From assembly GCA_964016885.1 (NCBI GenBank), contig OZ024743.1, forward strand, positions 247,938,001-248,002,000: DNA of 64,000 nucleotides, in the 5' to 3' direction. This document shows positions 43,801-56,920 of the stretch, piece by piece. The stretch is from Eledone cirrhosa. Lineage: Eukaryota. The notes under the pieces are model-generated. The model searched no databases. It was not told the DNA's origin and saw only the letters and a program-made list of their open reading frames with translations. The number at the start of each line of letters is the position of its first letter. Position 1 is the first letter of the stretch. The translations under genes were made by a program, and so were the position numbers.

Positions 43801-46800
43801 ACACCACACAACTAATGTAGAGACAAGCCACTGTCACATAGACACCACACACCTAATGTAGAGACAAGCCACTGTCACATAGACACCACACACAACTAAT
43901 GTAGAGACAAGCCACTGTCACATAGACACCAACAACTAATGTAGAGACAAGCCACTGTCACATAGACACACACACAACTAATGTAGAGACAAGCCACTGT
44001 CACATAGACACACACACAACTAATGTAGAGACAAGCCACTGTCACATAGACACCACACACAACTAATGTAGAGACAAGCCACTGTCACATAGACACACAC
44101 AACTAGTGTAGAGACAAGCCACTGTCACATAGACACACACACAACTAATGTAGAGACAAGCCACTGTCACATAGACACACACAACTAATGTAGAGACAAG
44201 CCACTGTCACATAGACACCACACACAACTAATGTAGAGACAAGCCATTGTCACATAGACATCACACGCAACTAATGTAGAGACAAGCCAGTCACATGGAC
44301 ACCACACACAACTAATGTAGAGACAAGCCACTGTCACATAGACACAGACAACTAATGTAGAGACAAGCCACTGTCACATAGACACCACACACAACTAATA
44401 TAGAGACAAGCCACTGTCACATAGACACCACACACAACTAATATAGAGGCAAGCCACTGTCACATAGAAACCACACACAACTAATGTAGAGACAAGCAAC
44501 TGTCACATAGACAAACACAACTAATGTAGAGACAAGCCACTGTCACATAGACACACACAACTAATGTAGAGACAAGCCACTGTCACATAGACACCACACA
44601 CAACTAATGTAGAGACAAGCCACTTTCACATAGACACACACAACTAATGTAGAGACAATCCACTGTCACATAGACACCACACAACTAATGTAGAGACAAG
44701 CCACTGTCACATAGACACCACACAACTAATGTAGAGACAAGCCACTGTCACATAGACACACACCACTAATATAGAGACAAGCCACTGTCACATAGACACC
44801 ACACACAGCTAATGTAGAGACAAGCCAGTCACATGGACACCACACACAACTAATGTAGAGACAAGCCACTGTCACATAGACACACACAACTAATGTAGAG
44901 ACAAGCCACTGTCACATAGACACCACACACAACTAATATAGAGAGAAGCCACTGTCACATAGACACCACACACAACTAATATAGAGACAAGCCACTGTCA
45001 CATAGACACCACACACAACTAATGTAGAGACAAGCCAATGTCACATAGACACATACAACTAATGTAGAGACAAGCCACTGTCACATAGACACCACACACA
45101 ACTAATGTAGAGACAAGCCACTTTCACATAGACACACACAACTAAAATAGAGACAAGCCACTGTCACATAGACACCACACACAACTAATGTAGAGACAAA
45201 CCACTGTCACATAGACACCAGACAACTAATGTAGAGACAAGCCACTGTCACATTGACACCTGACAACTAATGTAGAGACAAGCCACTATTACATAGACAC
45301 ACACAACTAATGTAGAGACAAGCGACTGTCACATAGACACACACAACTAATGTAGAGACAAGCCACTGTCATATAGACACCACACAACTAATGTAGAGAT
45401 AAGCCACTGTCACATAGACACCAGACAACTAATGTAGAGACAAGCCACTGTCATATAGACACCACACAACTAATGTAGAGACAAGCCACTGTCACATAGA
45501 CATACACAACTAATGTAGAGACAAGCCACTGTCATATAGACACCACACAACTAATGTAGAGATAAGCCACTGTCACATAGACACCAGACAACTAATGTAG
45601 AGACAAGCTACTGTCACATAGACACCACACAACTAATGTAGAGACAAGCCACTGTCACATAGACACCACACCAACTAATGTAGAGACAAGCCACTGTCAC
45701 ATAGACACCACATAACTAATGTAGAGACAATCCACTGTCACATAGACACCAACAACTAATGTAGAGACAAGCCACTGTCACATAAACACACACACAACTA
45801 ATGTAGAGACAAGCCACTGTCATATAGACACACACACAACTAATGTAGAGACAAGCCACTGTCACATAGACACCACACACAACTAATGTAGAGACAAGCC
45901 ACTGTCACATAGACACACACAACTAGTGTAGAGACAAGCCACTGTCACATAGACACACACACAACTAATGTAGAGACAAGCCACTGTCACATAGACACCA
46001 TACACAACTAATGTAGAGACAAGCCAGTCACATGGATACCACACACAACTAATGTAGAGACAAGCCACTGTCACATAGACACACAGAACTAATGAAGAGA
46101 CAAGCCACTGTCACATAGACACCACACACAACTAATATAGAGACAAGCCACTGTCACATAGACACCACACACAACTAATATAGAGACAAGCCACTGTCAC
46201 ATAGACACCACACACAACTAATGTAGAGACAAGCCACTGTCACATAGACAAACACAACTAATGTAGAGACAAGCCACTGTCACATAGACACCACACAACT
46301 AATGTAGAGACAAGCTACTGTCACATAGACAGCACACAACTAATGTAGAGACAATCCACTGTCACATAGACACCACACAACTAATTTAGAGACAAGCCAC
46401 TGTCACATAGACACCACACAACTAATGTAGAGACAAGCCACTGTCACATAGACACCACACAACTAATGTAGAGACAATCCATTGTCACATAGACACCACA
46501 CAACTAATGTAGAGATAAGCCACTGTCACATAGACACCACACAACTAATGTAGAGAATAATCCACTGTCACATTGACACCACACAACTAATGTAGAGACA
46601 ATCCACTGTCACATAGACACACACAACTAATGTAGAGACAAGCCACTGTCACATAGACACACACAGCTAATGTAGAGACAAGCCACTGTCACATAGACAC
46701 CACACGCAACTAATGTAGAGACAAGCCACTGTCACATAGACACCACACAACTAATGTAGAGACAAGCCACTGTCACATAGACACCACACAACTAATGTAG

Positions 46801-47346
46801 AGACAAGCCACTGTCACATAGACACACACAACTAATGTAGAGACAAGCCACTGTCACATAGACACCACACAACTAATGTAGAGACAAGCCACTGCCACAT
46901 AGACACCACACAACTGATGTAGAGACAAGCCACTGTCACATAGACACGAGACAACTAATGTAGAGACAAGCCACTGTCACATAGACACCACACAACTAAT
47001 GTAGAGACAATCCACTGTCACATAGACACCACACAACTAATGTAGAGACAATCCACTGTCACATAGACACCACACAACTAATGTAGAGAATAATCCACTG
47101 TCACATTGACACCACACAACTAATGTAGAGACAATCCACTGTCACATAGACACACACAACTAATGTAGAGACAATCCACTGTCACATAGACACCACACAA
47201 CTAATGTAGAGACAATCCACTGTCACATAGACACCACACAACTAATGTAGAGACAAGCCACTGTCACATAGACACCACACAACTAATGTAGAGACAAGCC
47301 ACTGTCACATAGACACCACACAACTAATGTAGAGACAAGCCACTGT
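16878..47346. repeat. 30.5 kb minisatellite array, ~41 bp unit (roughly 740 copies)
   Basis: Constant core AACTAATGTAGAGACAAGCCACTGTCACATAGACA plus a variable (C)CA-rich linker; units 39-46 bp. Confidence 0.99.
19117..46162. repeat. 13.5 kb tandem higher-order duplication inside the array
   Basis: Rare variants recur at +13490 (GATAGGCC 19162/32652) and at +13531 after one extra 41 bp unit at ~43801 (ATGAAGAG 32561/46092). Confidence 0.95.
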
Positions 47347-47492
47347 TAATGTCTACCAGAACAGCAATTATAAAGTAGTTAATACATTTACCTCAGTACA
47401 AAGATATTTACTAACAACCTTCAACTATATCAACAGGAGATACACATTTGTGTGCAAACATAAACATAAAGCTGTACCAATACACGCAAGGA

Positions 47493-47665
47493 ACACACAC
47501 ACACACACACACATATATACATACAAACATATATATATGTATATATACACATATATATGCACACACGTATGTATATATATATATATAAATATATATATAC
47601 ATATACACACATGTATGTATATATATATATATATATATAAATATATATATACATATACACACACG

Positions 47666-47707
<42 letters not shown>

Positions 47708-47715
47708 CACACACG

Positions 47716-47755
<40 letters not shown>

Positions 47756-47881
47756 CACACACGTGTATATATATATATATATATATATAAATATATATAT
47801 ACATATACACACACGTATGTATATATATATATATATATATATAAATATATATATAAATATATATATACATATACACCCACG

Positions 47882-47927
<46 letters not shown>

Positions 47928-47937
47928 TACACACACG

Positions 47938-47997
<60 letters not shown>

Positions 47998-48010
47998 CAT
48001 ATACACACAC

Positions 48011-48047
<37 letters not shown>
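47493..48047. repeat. Compound (TA)n/CACACGT microsatellite
   Basis: Directly visible. Confidence 0.9.
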
Positions 48048-48052
<5 letters not shown>

Positions 48053-48755
48053 GTAAGTATGTATGTGTACGTACATACATATATGTATATAGACGTACAG
48101 TAGTATGTATATATATACATACATGCACACATATATATATGCACGTATCGGTTTACCGAACATTTATTATAATGTTCGGGAAACCGATACGTGCATATAT
48201 ATATGTGTGCATGTATGTATATATATATATACATACTACTGTACGTCTGTATACATATATGTATGTGCGTATACATAGATACATACATACTTACATTTAA
48301 GAAATGAAATTTCGTTTCATTCTATTCCATTTATCGTTTTCGGTGCGCCCGGCTGACTAAACTCACTCGATATGCAAACTAGGCTGCTCGGCCGTTAATA
48401 TGCATAAGGAAAGTATATACTTTCAGACGTTCAACCATCTGGCAGGAAGGTATACGATGCTGACGATAGATAATAAGCTTGAAACTAGTACATCGTTCCT
48501 GTGTCAGTGTTGAACAAAAAGGTGACGTGGTTGCCTAAACACTGTACGGCGTAATTCAGGCTGTTTGTCTGTTTGTTTACAAACAAACCGAACATTATAA
48601 TAAATGTTCGGTAAACCGATACGTGCATATATATATATGTGTGCATGTATGTATATATATACATACTACCGTACGTCTGTATACATATATGTATGTACGT
48701 ATACATACATACTTACATTTAAGTAACTGCCGTGCTAAGAGTGAGAAATGAAATT
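48048..48755 (+). mobile_element. Hammerhead-bearing element with direct and inverted terminal repeats (PLE pLTR/retrozyme-like)
   Basis: ~135 bp block at 48156-48300 and 48588-48722 (period 432), plus an inverted copy at 48048-48180; (TA)n flanks. Confidence 0.75.
48454..48496 (+). ncRNA. Minimal type I hammerhead
   Basis: ACGATG-CTGACGA-tagataataagctt-GAAA-CTAG-TA-CATCGT; palindromic stem III ACTAGT; stem II partly mutated. Confidence 0.8.
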
Positions 48756-48788
48756 ATATATATATATATATATATATAAATACATTAT

Positions 48789-48940
48789 CGGAGAAAGCTT
48801 TTAGCGATACTCCGGCCAAATTCCAACTCACTCAACAAACATTAGGAAATAAGTGAGTATATTCCTAATAAACGTTCGGGGTGCTAACTAAATGTATTGT
48901 GTGGAAAATTGGCTATATTATTTCATATGAGACATATCGA
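48789..48940. repeat. Interspersed repeat end, second copy at 51325-51478
   Basis: CGGAGAAAGCT..GATACTCCGGCCAAATTCCA..GTTCGGGGTGCTAACTAA in both copies, each following (TA)n. Confidence 0.75.
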
Positions 48941-49937
48941 AAATATCTCTTCCCAGACTGACGTCTCGTTTCATTATAAGATTCCTACTACAATCGCAGT
49001 TGTGGGTTCGATTTGGTGTTGGTCGTGCAAAAGTCAGTCTGGCAAAATGGGGATATTTAAAGGATGGGGACGTTGTGTGTGACTGCGGCATAAAACCACA
49101 GACTACGTAGCATGACCTGATATGTCCCCTGCACAGCATTGGGGACTTGGCAGAGTTTAATGAGAAAGGACAGCAATGCAACACAGCTCGCCATTTTTTA
49201 TTCATATATGCTTTCCTCTTCGCTGTGACTTGTCTTTTTTCTCTTCCCTTACTGCTATCCTCTTTCTCTTTCCCCCTTCTCTATCCTTCTCCCTCTTACT
49301 TTCACTCACCCTCTCTCGGCTAGCCTCTTCCTCGCACTTTCACTCACTCTCTGCTACTCACCCTCTCTCTCACTTCCTCCATCGTCCCACACCGTACGAG
49401 ATCCTTTTACTCGCTCATATCCGTACGGCTAAGATGTATCTTTGCCTTCTCGTCAAAATTCTCCCGTTCTTATGTTCGAAATGAATTATTGACTTGATTT
49501 TTTCATGTTTTCCTCTCTTTACGTTGCCTCACCATTCGTGTCTGTTTACCTGTCTTTCTCTTTCTCCACCCAACTCTTTTTATCCCAATAACTTAATTTA
49601 GTTATTGTATCGCCATTAGCTGGAGGTATATTGTCTGTAATGCGAAGAAATACCTATGATGGCTAGTAGACAACTGATGACCGATGTTCCTAACTTCTAT
49701 TTCTAATTCTTCATTTATTATATATATATATATATATATATATATCGTTTCCGAATTTGTTTAGCAAGATTCTTTATCTGAAAACGTGTGTTGAAACCGA
49801 TATTCTTATACTTTGGGAGGGTCATGTTGCCAATAAGAAACACACGCACCAATTGCTTTCACTTCAATTTATTATAATAAATTTATAAATTTCCGGTTGG
49901 TTGGTTGGTTCCACAACCAGATGATTGTTTATATATT

Positions 49938-49980
49938 GTCAAAGTTCTTTCGTCACACATTCTGTGACCTCTTCAGTGAC
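49938..49980 (-). ncRNA. Minimal type I hammerhead
   Basis: Minus: GTCA-CTGAAGA-G-GTCACAgaatgTGTGAC-GAAA-GAAC-TT-TGAC. Confidence 0.7.
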
Positions 49981-50335
49981 TGGGGATTCTTTTCTTTGTT
50001 TTTGTGCCTCTCCTTTGTTCTGTCCTACGCCATCTTGTTTATATATATACATACATATACACATACGTATATATATATATATATGCATACATATACACTC
50101 ACGTATATATATATATACTGTATATATATATATATGCATACATATACACTCACGTATATATATATATATACATCTACCAACATATGCGTACAGATGTACA
50201 CTAATACTAGTAAATATATAAGTTATGTCAAAGTACCTAGGTGGTTCAATGCAGGGGGGTGCAGAACAATTATATGAAAGACGTAAAATAAGAAAATTTT
50301 AAAAATTAAAAATTAACTTACTTACTAAAATTTTC

Positions 50336-50417
50336 ACTCCAACTAATTAGTTTCTGTAATGGGATAAATATAGTTACACAATGTAACTATCGAGAATTCA
50401 TTACGTCATCAGGGAGT
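50336..50417 (-). ncRNA. Type I hammerhead with extended stem II
   Basis: Minus: ACTCC-CTGATGA-cGTAATG..ATAGTTACA/TGTAACTAT..CATTACa-GAAA-CTAATTAG-TT-GGAGT; host element has an inverted repeat (~50272-50293 / 50522-50543). Confidence 0.8.
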
Positions 50418-50538
50418 CTATTCTCAGCTAAGTTCCCAAGCAATGCGCGGACACTGGGAACTCATATAAAAATAATAATTCAGTGGATGTAATAAGCTAG
50501 CGGGGACTAAATTCCATAGCACTTATTTTACGTCTTTC

Positions 50539-50585
<47 letters not shown>

Positions 50586-50832
50586 CACATACGTGTATGT
50601 ATATATATATATATACTAATTCAAGGTATCACAACATATATATTATGCATGATACTTGTGATTCTCAGAAGAAAGACACAATGAATATTTGTCCAGAGCA
50701 TCAATAATTCAAATTAAGAGATATATGTATAGAGAGACAGAAAGAGCCATCGTTTGAGAAACACAGTATTTTGTACACATATAAAGCACATAAAATATAG
50801 GAAAATATTTTCTTCAATGTGGAAAAAGTTCT

Positions 50833-50957
50833 TTCCTTATGGTACCGTTTCATGATTCAAGAAATCATAACTAAAATCGATCTAAGCAATCGATCATCGA
50901 TCACCAACTATTGATTTTGATAAAGTTAGGGGAGAAGCGAATCAACCACCAGAGGAA
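50833..50957 (-). ncRNA. Hammerhead-like motif with very long stem II and CUGGUGG core
   Basis: Minus: TTCCT-CTGGTGG-tTGATTC..GAATCAt-GAAA-CGGTACCA-TA-AGGAA. Confidence 0.55.
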
Positions 50958-51268
50958 TTTTGACTTTAAATAAAGTTCCAATAGAGTATAGAATACAAAA
51001 TACTTTTATATTTGCCAGGATTCGCCAATTAAGCCAACACTATAGACAGCATAGTGTAATAACGTTTTAACTGTGGCGGCAGATATAAACAGGACAGGAC
51101 GTCATATCTGCTAAAAAGATGTGCGAAGTACTAGTCACAGTGTGAGCAGCACAACAGATAAAGAATTTTGAGCAGTTATATACTAAAATAAGGTACCATG
51201 ACATATATACTATGTAAGATGCTTGTGTTTCTCAGTAAAAAAGCTCAATGGACATTTTTACAGAGCAT

Positions 51269-51325
<57 letters not shown>

Positions 51326-51479
51326 GGAGAAAGCTAAAAGCGATACTCCGGCCAAATTCCAGCTCACTCAACAAACATTAGGAAATACCTGAGTATATTC
51401 CTAATTAAACGTTCGGGGTGCTAACTAATTGTATTGTGTGGAAAATTGGCTGTATCATTTCATATGAGATATATCAAAT

Positions 51480-51959
51480 ATATATATATATACATACATA
51501 CATGTATATATATATGTGTGTATATATATATATATGTGTGAATGTGTATATATATGTATGAATGTATATATATATATGTATGTATATGTATGCATATATA
51601 TATACATATACATGTAGCTATACATGCATATATATATACATATATAAACATACATACATATATACAAATATACATACATATATATACACATAGATATATA
51701 TACATATATATACACATTCACACACATATATATATACATATACACAGATATATATATATATATACATATACACATACATATACACACATATATACATATA
51801 CATGCATATATACACACATATAGATATATATACTCTTATATATATACATATATACGCATGTATATATATACATATATATGCATGTATATATATACATATA
51901 TATGCATGTATATATATACATATATATGCATACACACACACACATATATATATGTATAT

Positions 51960-51994
<35 letters not shown>

Positions 51995-52173
51995 CATACA
52001 TACGCATATATATATACACATATATATATATATACATACATACATACGCATATATATATACACATATATATATATATACATACATACGCATATATATATA
52101 CACATATATATATATACATACATACGCATATATATATACACATATATACGCATATATATATACATATATACGC

Positions 52174-52206
<33 letters not shown>

Positions 52207-53025
52207 CATATATACGCATATATATATACATATATACGCATATATATATATACATATATACGCATATATATATATACACATATATACGCATATATATATA
52301 TACACATATATACGCATATATATATATACACATATATACGCATATATATATATACATATATACGCATATATATATACATATATACGCATATATATATACA
52401 TATATACGCATATATATATACATATATACGCATATATATATATATACATATATACGCATATATATATATACATATATACGCATATATATATATACATATA
52501 TACGCATATATATATATACATATATACGCATATATATATATATACATATATACGCATATATATATACACATATATACGCATATATATATATACATATATA
52601 CGCATATATATATATACACATATATACGCATATATATATATACACATATATACGCATATATATATATATACACATATATACGCATATATATATACATACA
52701 TATATACGCATATATATATACATATATACGCATATATATATACATATATACGCATATATATATACATATATACGCATATATATATACATATATACGCATA
52801 TATATATACATATATACGCATATATATATACATATATACACATATATATATATATATACATATATATATACATACATATATATAGACGCACATATACATA
52901 CATACATATACACGCACATATACATACATATATACGCACATTTACATATATATATACGCACATATACATACATATATACGCACATATACATACATATATA
53001 CGCACATATACATACATACGCACAT

Positions 53026-53078
<53 letters not shown>

Positions 53079-53100
53079 TATACATACATATGCATATACA
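51480..53100. repeat. Degenerate TA-rich minisatellite, ~20-26 bp unit CATATATACGCA(TA)n
   Basis: Directly visible; source of the 400+ aa artefact ORFs. Confidence 0.95.
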
Positions 53101-53387
53101 CGTGCCTGCACGCATAGAACTAAACTTGATTAAATAAATCTGTTACATTGAAACAAAACTAATTTTGTATTCGGGTCACAGAGCAGATTCCTTTACAAGT
53201 TGTTCAATGTCAATGACATCTGGAAGATATCAAGCCATACTTTTCATCCTAAGTATGTAATGTGCATCTATTTCTTGATAATCAGACGAGATCTCGCAGA
53301 CAAACATCATGTAAAAATCATTTGATGAACATACCAAAAAATGTTACATTCATTTTCAGTTACTTTTTAATTGAGTTGTTTACTATT

Positions 53388-53545
53388 GGCGCAGGCATGG
53401 CTGTGTGGTTAAGGAGTCCGCTTCGAAATCACGCGGTTCTGGTTTTAGTTCTCCAGCTGCGTCACATCTTAGGGTAGTGTCTTCTACTTTAACCTTCGGT
53501 TGACCAATGCCGTGTGAGTGGAATTTGGTAGACAGAAACTGCAGG
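53388..53545 (+). mobile_element. tRNA-derived SINE, family B
   Basis: GGCGCAGGCATGGCTGTGTGGTTAAG A-box head; GTGTCTTCTACT..GTGAGTGGAATTTGGTAGAC body. Confidence 0.8.
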
Positions 53546-53641
53546 ACCCCATTCTCACACACTAATCATATATATATATATATATATATATAGTGGTAGA
53601 ACACTGGAAGGTAATATCCATGGGACGAGTTAGGTAGAAGT

Positions 53642-53759
53642 GGTTACACAACAGTTAGTTCACCATACCGAGAACAATTGTTTCACCTTAGCGGATTACG
53701 AGCTGAGAATCCGCTAAGGTGAAACAATTGTTCTCGGTTGAACTAACTGTTGTGTAACC
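53642..53759. repeat. Long inverted repeat (52 bp arms, 4 nt bulge, 10 nt loop)
   Basis: GGTTACACAACAGTTAGTTCA..CCGAGAACAATTGTTTCACCTTAGCGGATT and its reverse complement. Confidence 0.95.
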
Positions 53760-54078
53760 CCTTATATATATATATGTGTATGCCTCTCTCTTTATATGTG
53801 TATATATATATAGATGTATGTGTGTATGTGTGTGTGTGTATGCATGTATGTGTGAACGGAGGGGTATATATACGGACATATGTATATGTGTGTGTGTGTG
53901 TGTGTATACACGTGCGTGTGTGTGTGTGTGTATGTGTGCGTGTATGTGTATATATGTATATTTAGTTATGTATCTTTATGTGTGTATATGTACGTAGATG
54001 TATGTATGTATATGTATGTATATATGTATATATATATATATATATGTGTGTGTGTATATGTGTGTGTATGTGTATATG

Positions 54079-54123
<45 letters not shown>

Positions 54124-54350
54124 ATGTGTATGTGTATGTATATATGTATATATATACCCATGTGGAGGTATGAGTACATATTCGTGCGTGTACGTATGTA
54201 TATGTGTGTTTTTATATGTGTCTCTATATGTTTTTGTGTATGTATGTGGATGTATTTGTGCATGGGTGTGTGATTGATGGTGTGTGCCTATATATTCCTA
54301 CATATGCCCGTGTGTGTATGTACGTATATGCGCACATATGTGTGTGTTGA
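53760..54350. repeat. (TG)/(TA) compound microsatellite
   Basis: Directly visible. Confidence 0.9.
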
Positions 54351-55043
54351 ACAAAGGACTAACTTTGGGATGGACGTAGAAAAATTCTTCAGGAAAAAAA
54401 GAAGAAAAAAATAATTATTCACAAACTTGACAGGTGCGATTTGCCGGTGACCATTCTCAACACAAAAGCAATGCTAAAAGCTTTTACCCCTGAATAAAGG
54501 AATTTTTCGAGAATGACCGGGGCAGGCCGCACTTGCTACATTTCTCCCCACCCAACCCTACTCACCGTCTCAACTCATTACTGCTATGAACACTTTTTCA
54601 ACACACCTACACCCATGCACTTATTAAAGGGGGAGAAAAGAAACCCCCACTACACCACAGACATGTTAAATCCCTATATATAGAACAACACACCACATAC
54701 ACATCAGTTTGACAAGCGCACCTCAGCGTGAAAGGTCTTTCTAAAAACGAAACAATACCCCCTACGTTAACCAAGAACTCCTAAGACCTAACCAACAACC
54801 AACAACTTAATTTATAAAATAATTTTTTTTAAGAAAATTTTGGATTTTGGATTTTGTGAAGAAAATAAATTTGTTGAAAGCACAAGTGAAGCCATTTTTT
54901 CTTCCCCCCTGTCTTAATATACCTAACTGTACCAAGGATTACACACATTTTCCAATATATATATATATATATATATATACAAAATTTAGTACAGCATCAT
55001 CGAAGCTCTGGTTGCAGCCAAGCTAACGAATGCAGTCGGGGTA

Positions 55044-55092
<49 letters not shown>

Positions 55093-55353
55093 ATAGTCAG
55101 GACCCCAACGGCTGAGCTCCGGCCGTTTCGACAGCTAGATCCGCGTCGGGGTTCTGACTCTTTTCCTATTACCCACTATACTACCCTTAGTATCGAGTAC
55201 TCTGGTGCGTTATGGCCCACCTGCTTTCTTACCCCACCTGGTTTCTTTGTTATATATATATAATTTTGAGTATGTGTTGGTTGTTTACCGACACTTCAGT
55301 ATGCAGTTTGGAGCACTCAACGAAGTGCGCAGGCTGGTCTGATTACTCCGGAA

Positions 55354-55406
55354 CTGCCCGATGAGGTCATAGCTGTTGAATAATGGCTATCACTGAAATA
55401 TAGCAG
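55354..55406 (+). ncRNA. Minimal hammerhead (U4C variant)
   Basis: CTGC-CCGATGA-GGTcATAGCTGTT..AATGGCTATcACT-GAAA-TA-TA-GCAG. Confidence 0.65.
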
Positions 55407-56689
55407 CGAATATGAATAAACGAAACTAATTTTACCCTGTTGACTTACACTTCTTGTTTTTATATATATAAATAGTTCCGTCGCACATCTGCGACCTAGT
55501 CAGTGAAATATTACTACCGTATTTCAGTTTTGTTCCTAAGTGGCTAAAATGACTCTTCCGGCTCTTCTATTATTCGACTCATACATAGGTTGCATTAAAA
55601 CATTAAATTCGCCCTCAATAATCGATTTGTACTTTATTTTATCTAGCCCCGTAAAGAACGAAAGTAAAATCGATCTTGGCGGGATTTGAAATTGAAACAA
55701 AATAGGACGTGTGAAATGTTTTTTGTTAAAAGAATGTGAAAGCAATCATAAGGAGTCCTGAGATATTTGTACCCATATACACTATTTTCACGTAAAATAA
55801 ACATACATCGCTGTGAGTACTCATAGCTACCTCACCAACCAGGGTAAAAACGGCGGATGCATTACAATGTTTTTACAGAACGCCAGCGCTTGATTACTGA
55901 CGCTCAGATGTTGAGATATAAAAGACAATATCTTATAGAATTTTATAAACCAACTATTCTTGGTGAAGACTTATATACATGAGCCGGCTAGTTTTAATTA
56001 GTGATAGCAATAACTGTGATTCAGAATGACTATGTACAAAAGGACCTTTAACTCCAAATGGAGTCGTAGTGATCTACGGCGTATGTTGGGCATTTAAAAC
56101 CTAACGTAGCCTATTCACTCTCCAGGTCAGAACACAACCAATTTTTTTCAAAAGAGTGTGTGATAGAGAGGCAATGAGAAAGAAATATAGCATAAGAATC
56201 GATTCCAGTACTGGAGTGGTAGTTTACGCAAAATAAACATATTTTATTCTAAATAGCATATTCAATGCTTAATATTCGTAAAGTTCATTTGCGAGAAGAA
56301 CCAACATTTCATAAAATCTCACAAATAGTGTTAGGAAAATCAATTAACAGCGCTAAATTTAGCGTCAACGAAACAAATGAATTACATAAATTTGAGTATT
56401 ACATCAAGAAATCATGTTGGCTTCCAGCGAAATAAGCCTCCCACGTGATTTCGTTTCCTGGTTGAAATTATTCCAATTCACTAGAAAAAAAAAGATACCC
56501 CCCCCCCCAAAAAAAACAACATCAAAACATGAAATTTACAATGCACCTCTACGTGGTGGATTCATTTATTACAGTAGTAGTAGTAGTAGTAGTAGTAGTA
56601 ACAGTAGTAGTAACAGTAGTAGACCTCATTCGATTTCGACGATAAGTAACCTAGGTTTTCAAACCACGAAACAGCCTGCTTAAGAAATT

Positions 56690-56920
56690 AAAGTACAAGT
56701 GATTGAGCATTCCACAAACACGTATGCCTTTAACGAAGTTCTCATGGAAACTGAGTGTGACACAAACTACTGTATAACTTATTTTTTTGCAGCTGAGTTT
56801 CCTGGAGCAATGAGAAATAAAGTATTTTGCTCAAGGACACGGCGCGCTGCCCGGTCTGGGAATCGAACTCACGACTTTACGATCGTGAATTGAACACTCT
56901 AACTACTAAGCCACGCGTTA
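56690..56920 (-). mobile_element. tRNA-derived SINE, family C
   Basis: TTGCTCAAGGACAC..GGGAATCGAACTC..ACTAAGCCACG is the reverse complement of a tRNA-like head. Confidence 0.8.

Noticed and set aside
16878-47346. CRISPR-like array (constant hairpin repeat with variable spacer)
   Set aside because: Linkers are 4-11 nt CA slippage variants, not unique spacers; no cas genes; eukaryotic context
54431-54535. SECIS-like hairpin (GTGA..AAAA..TGA)
   Set aside because: Helix II is out of register with the quartet and the apical region is too long
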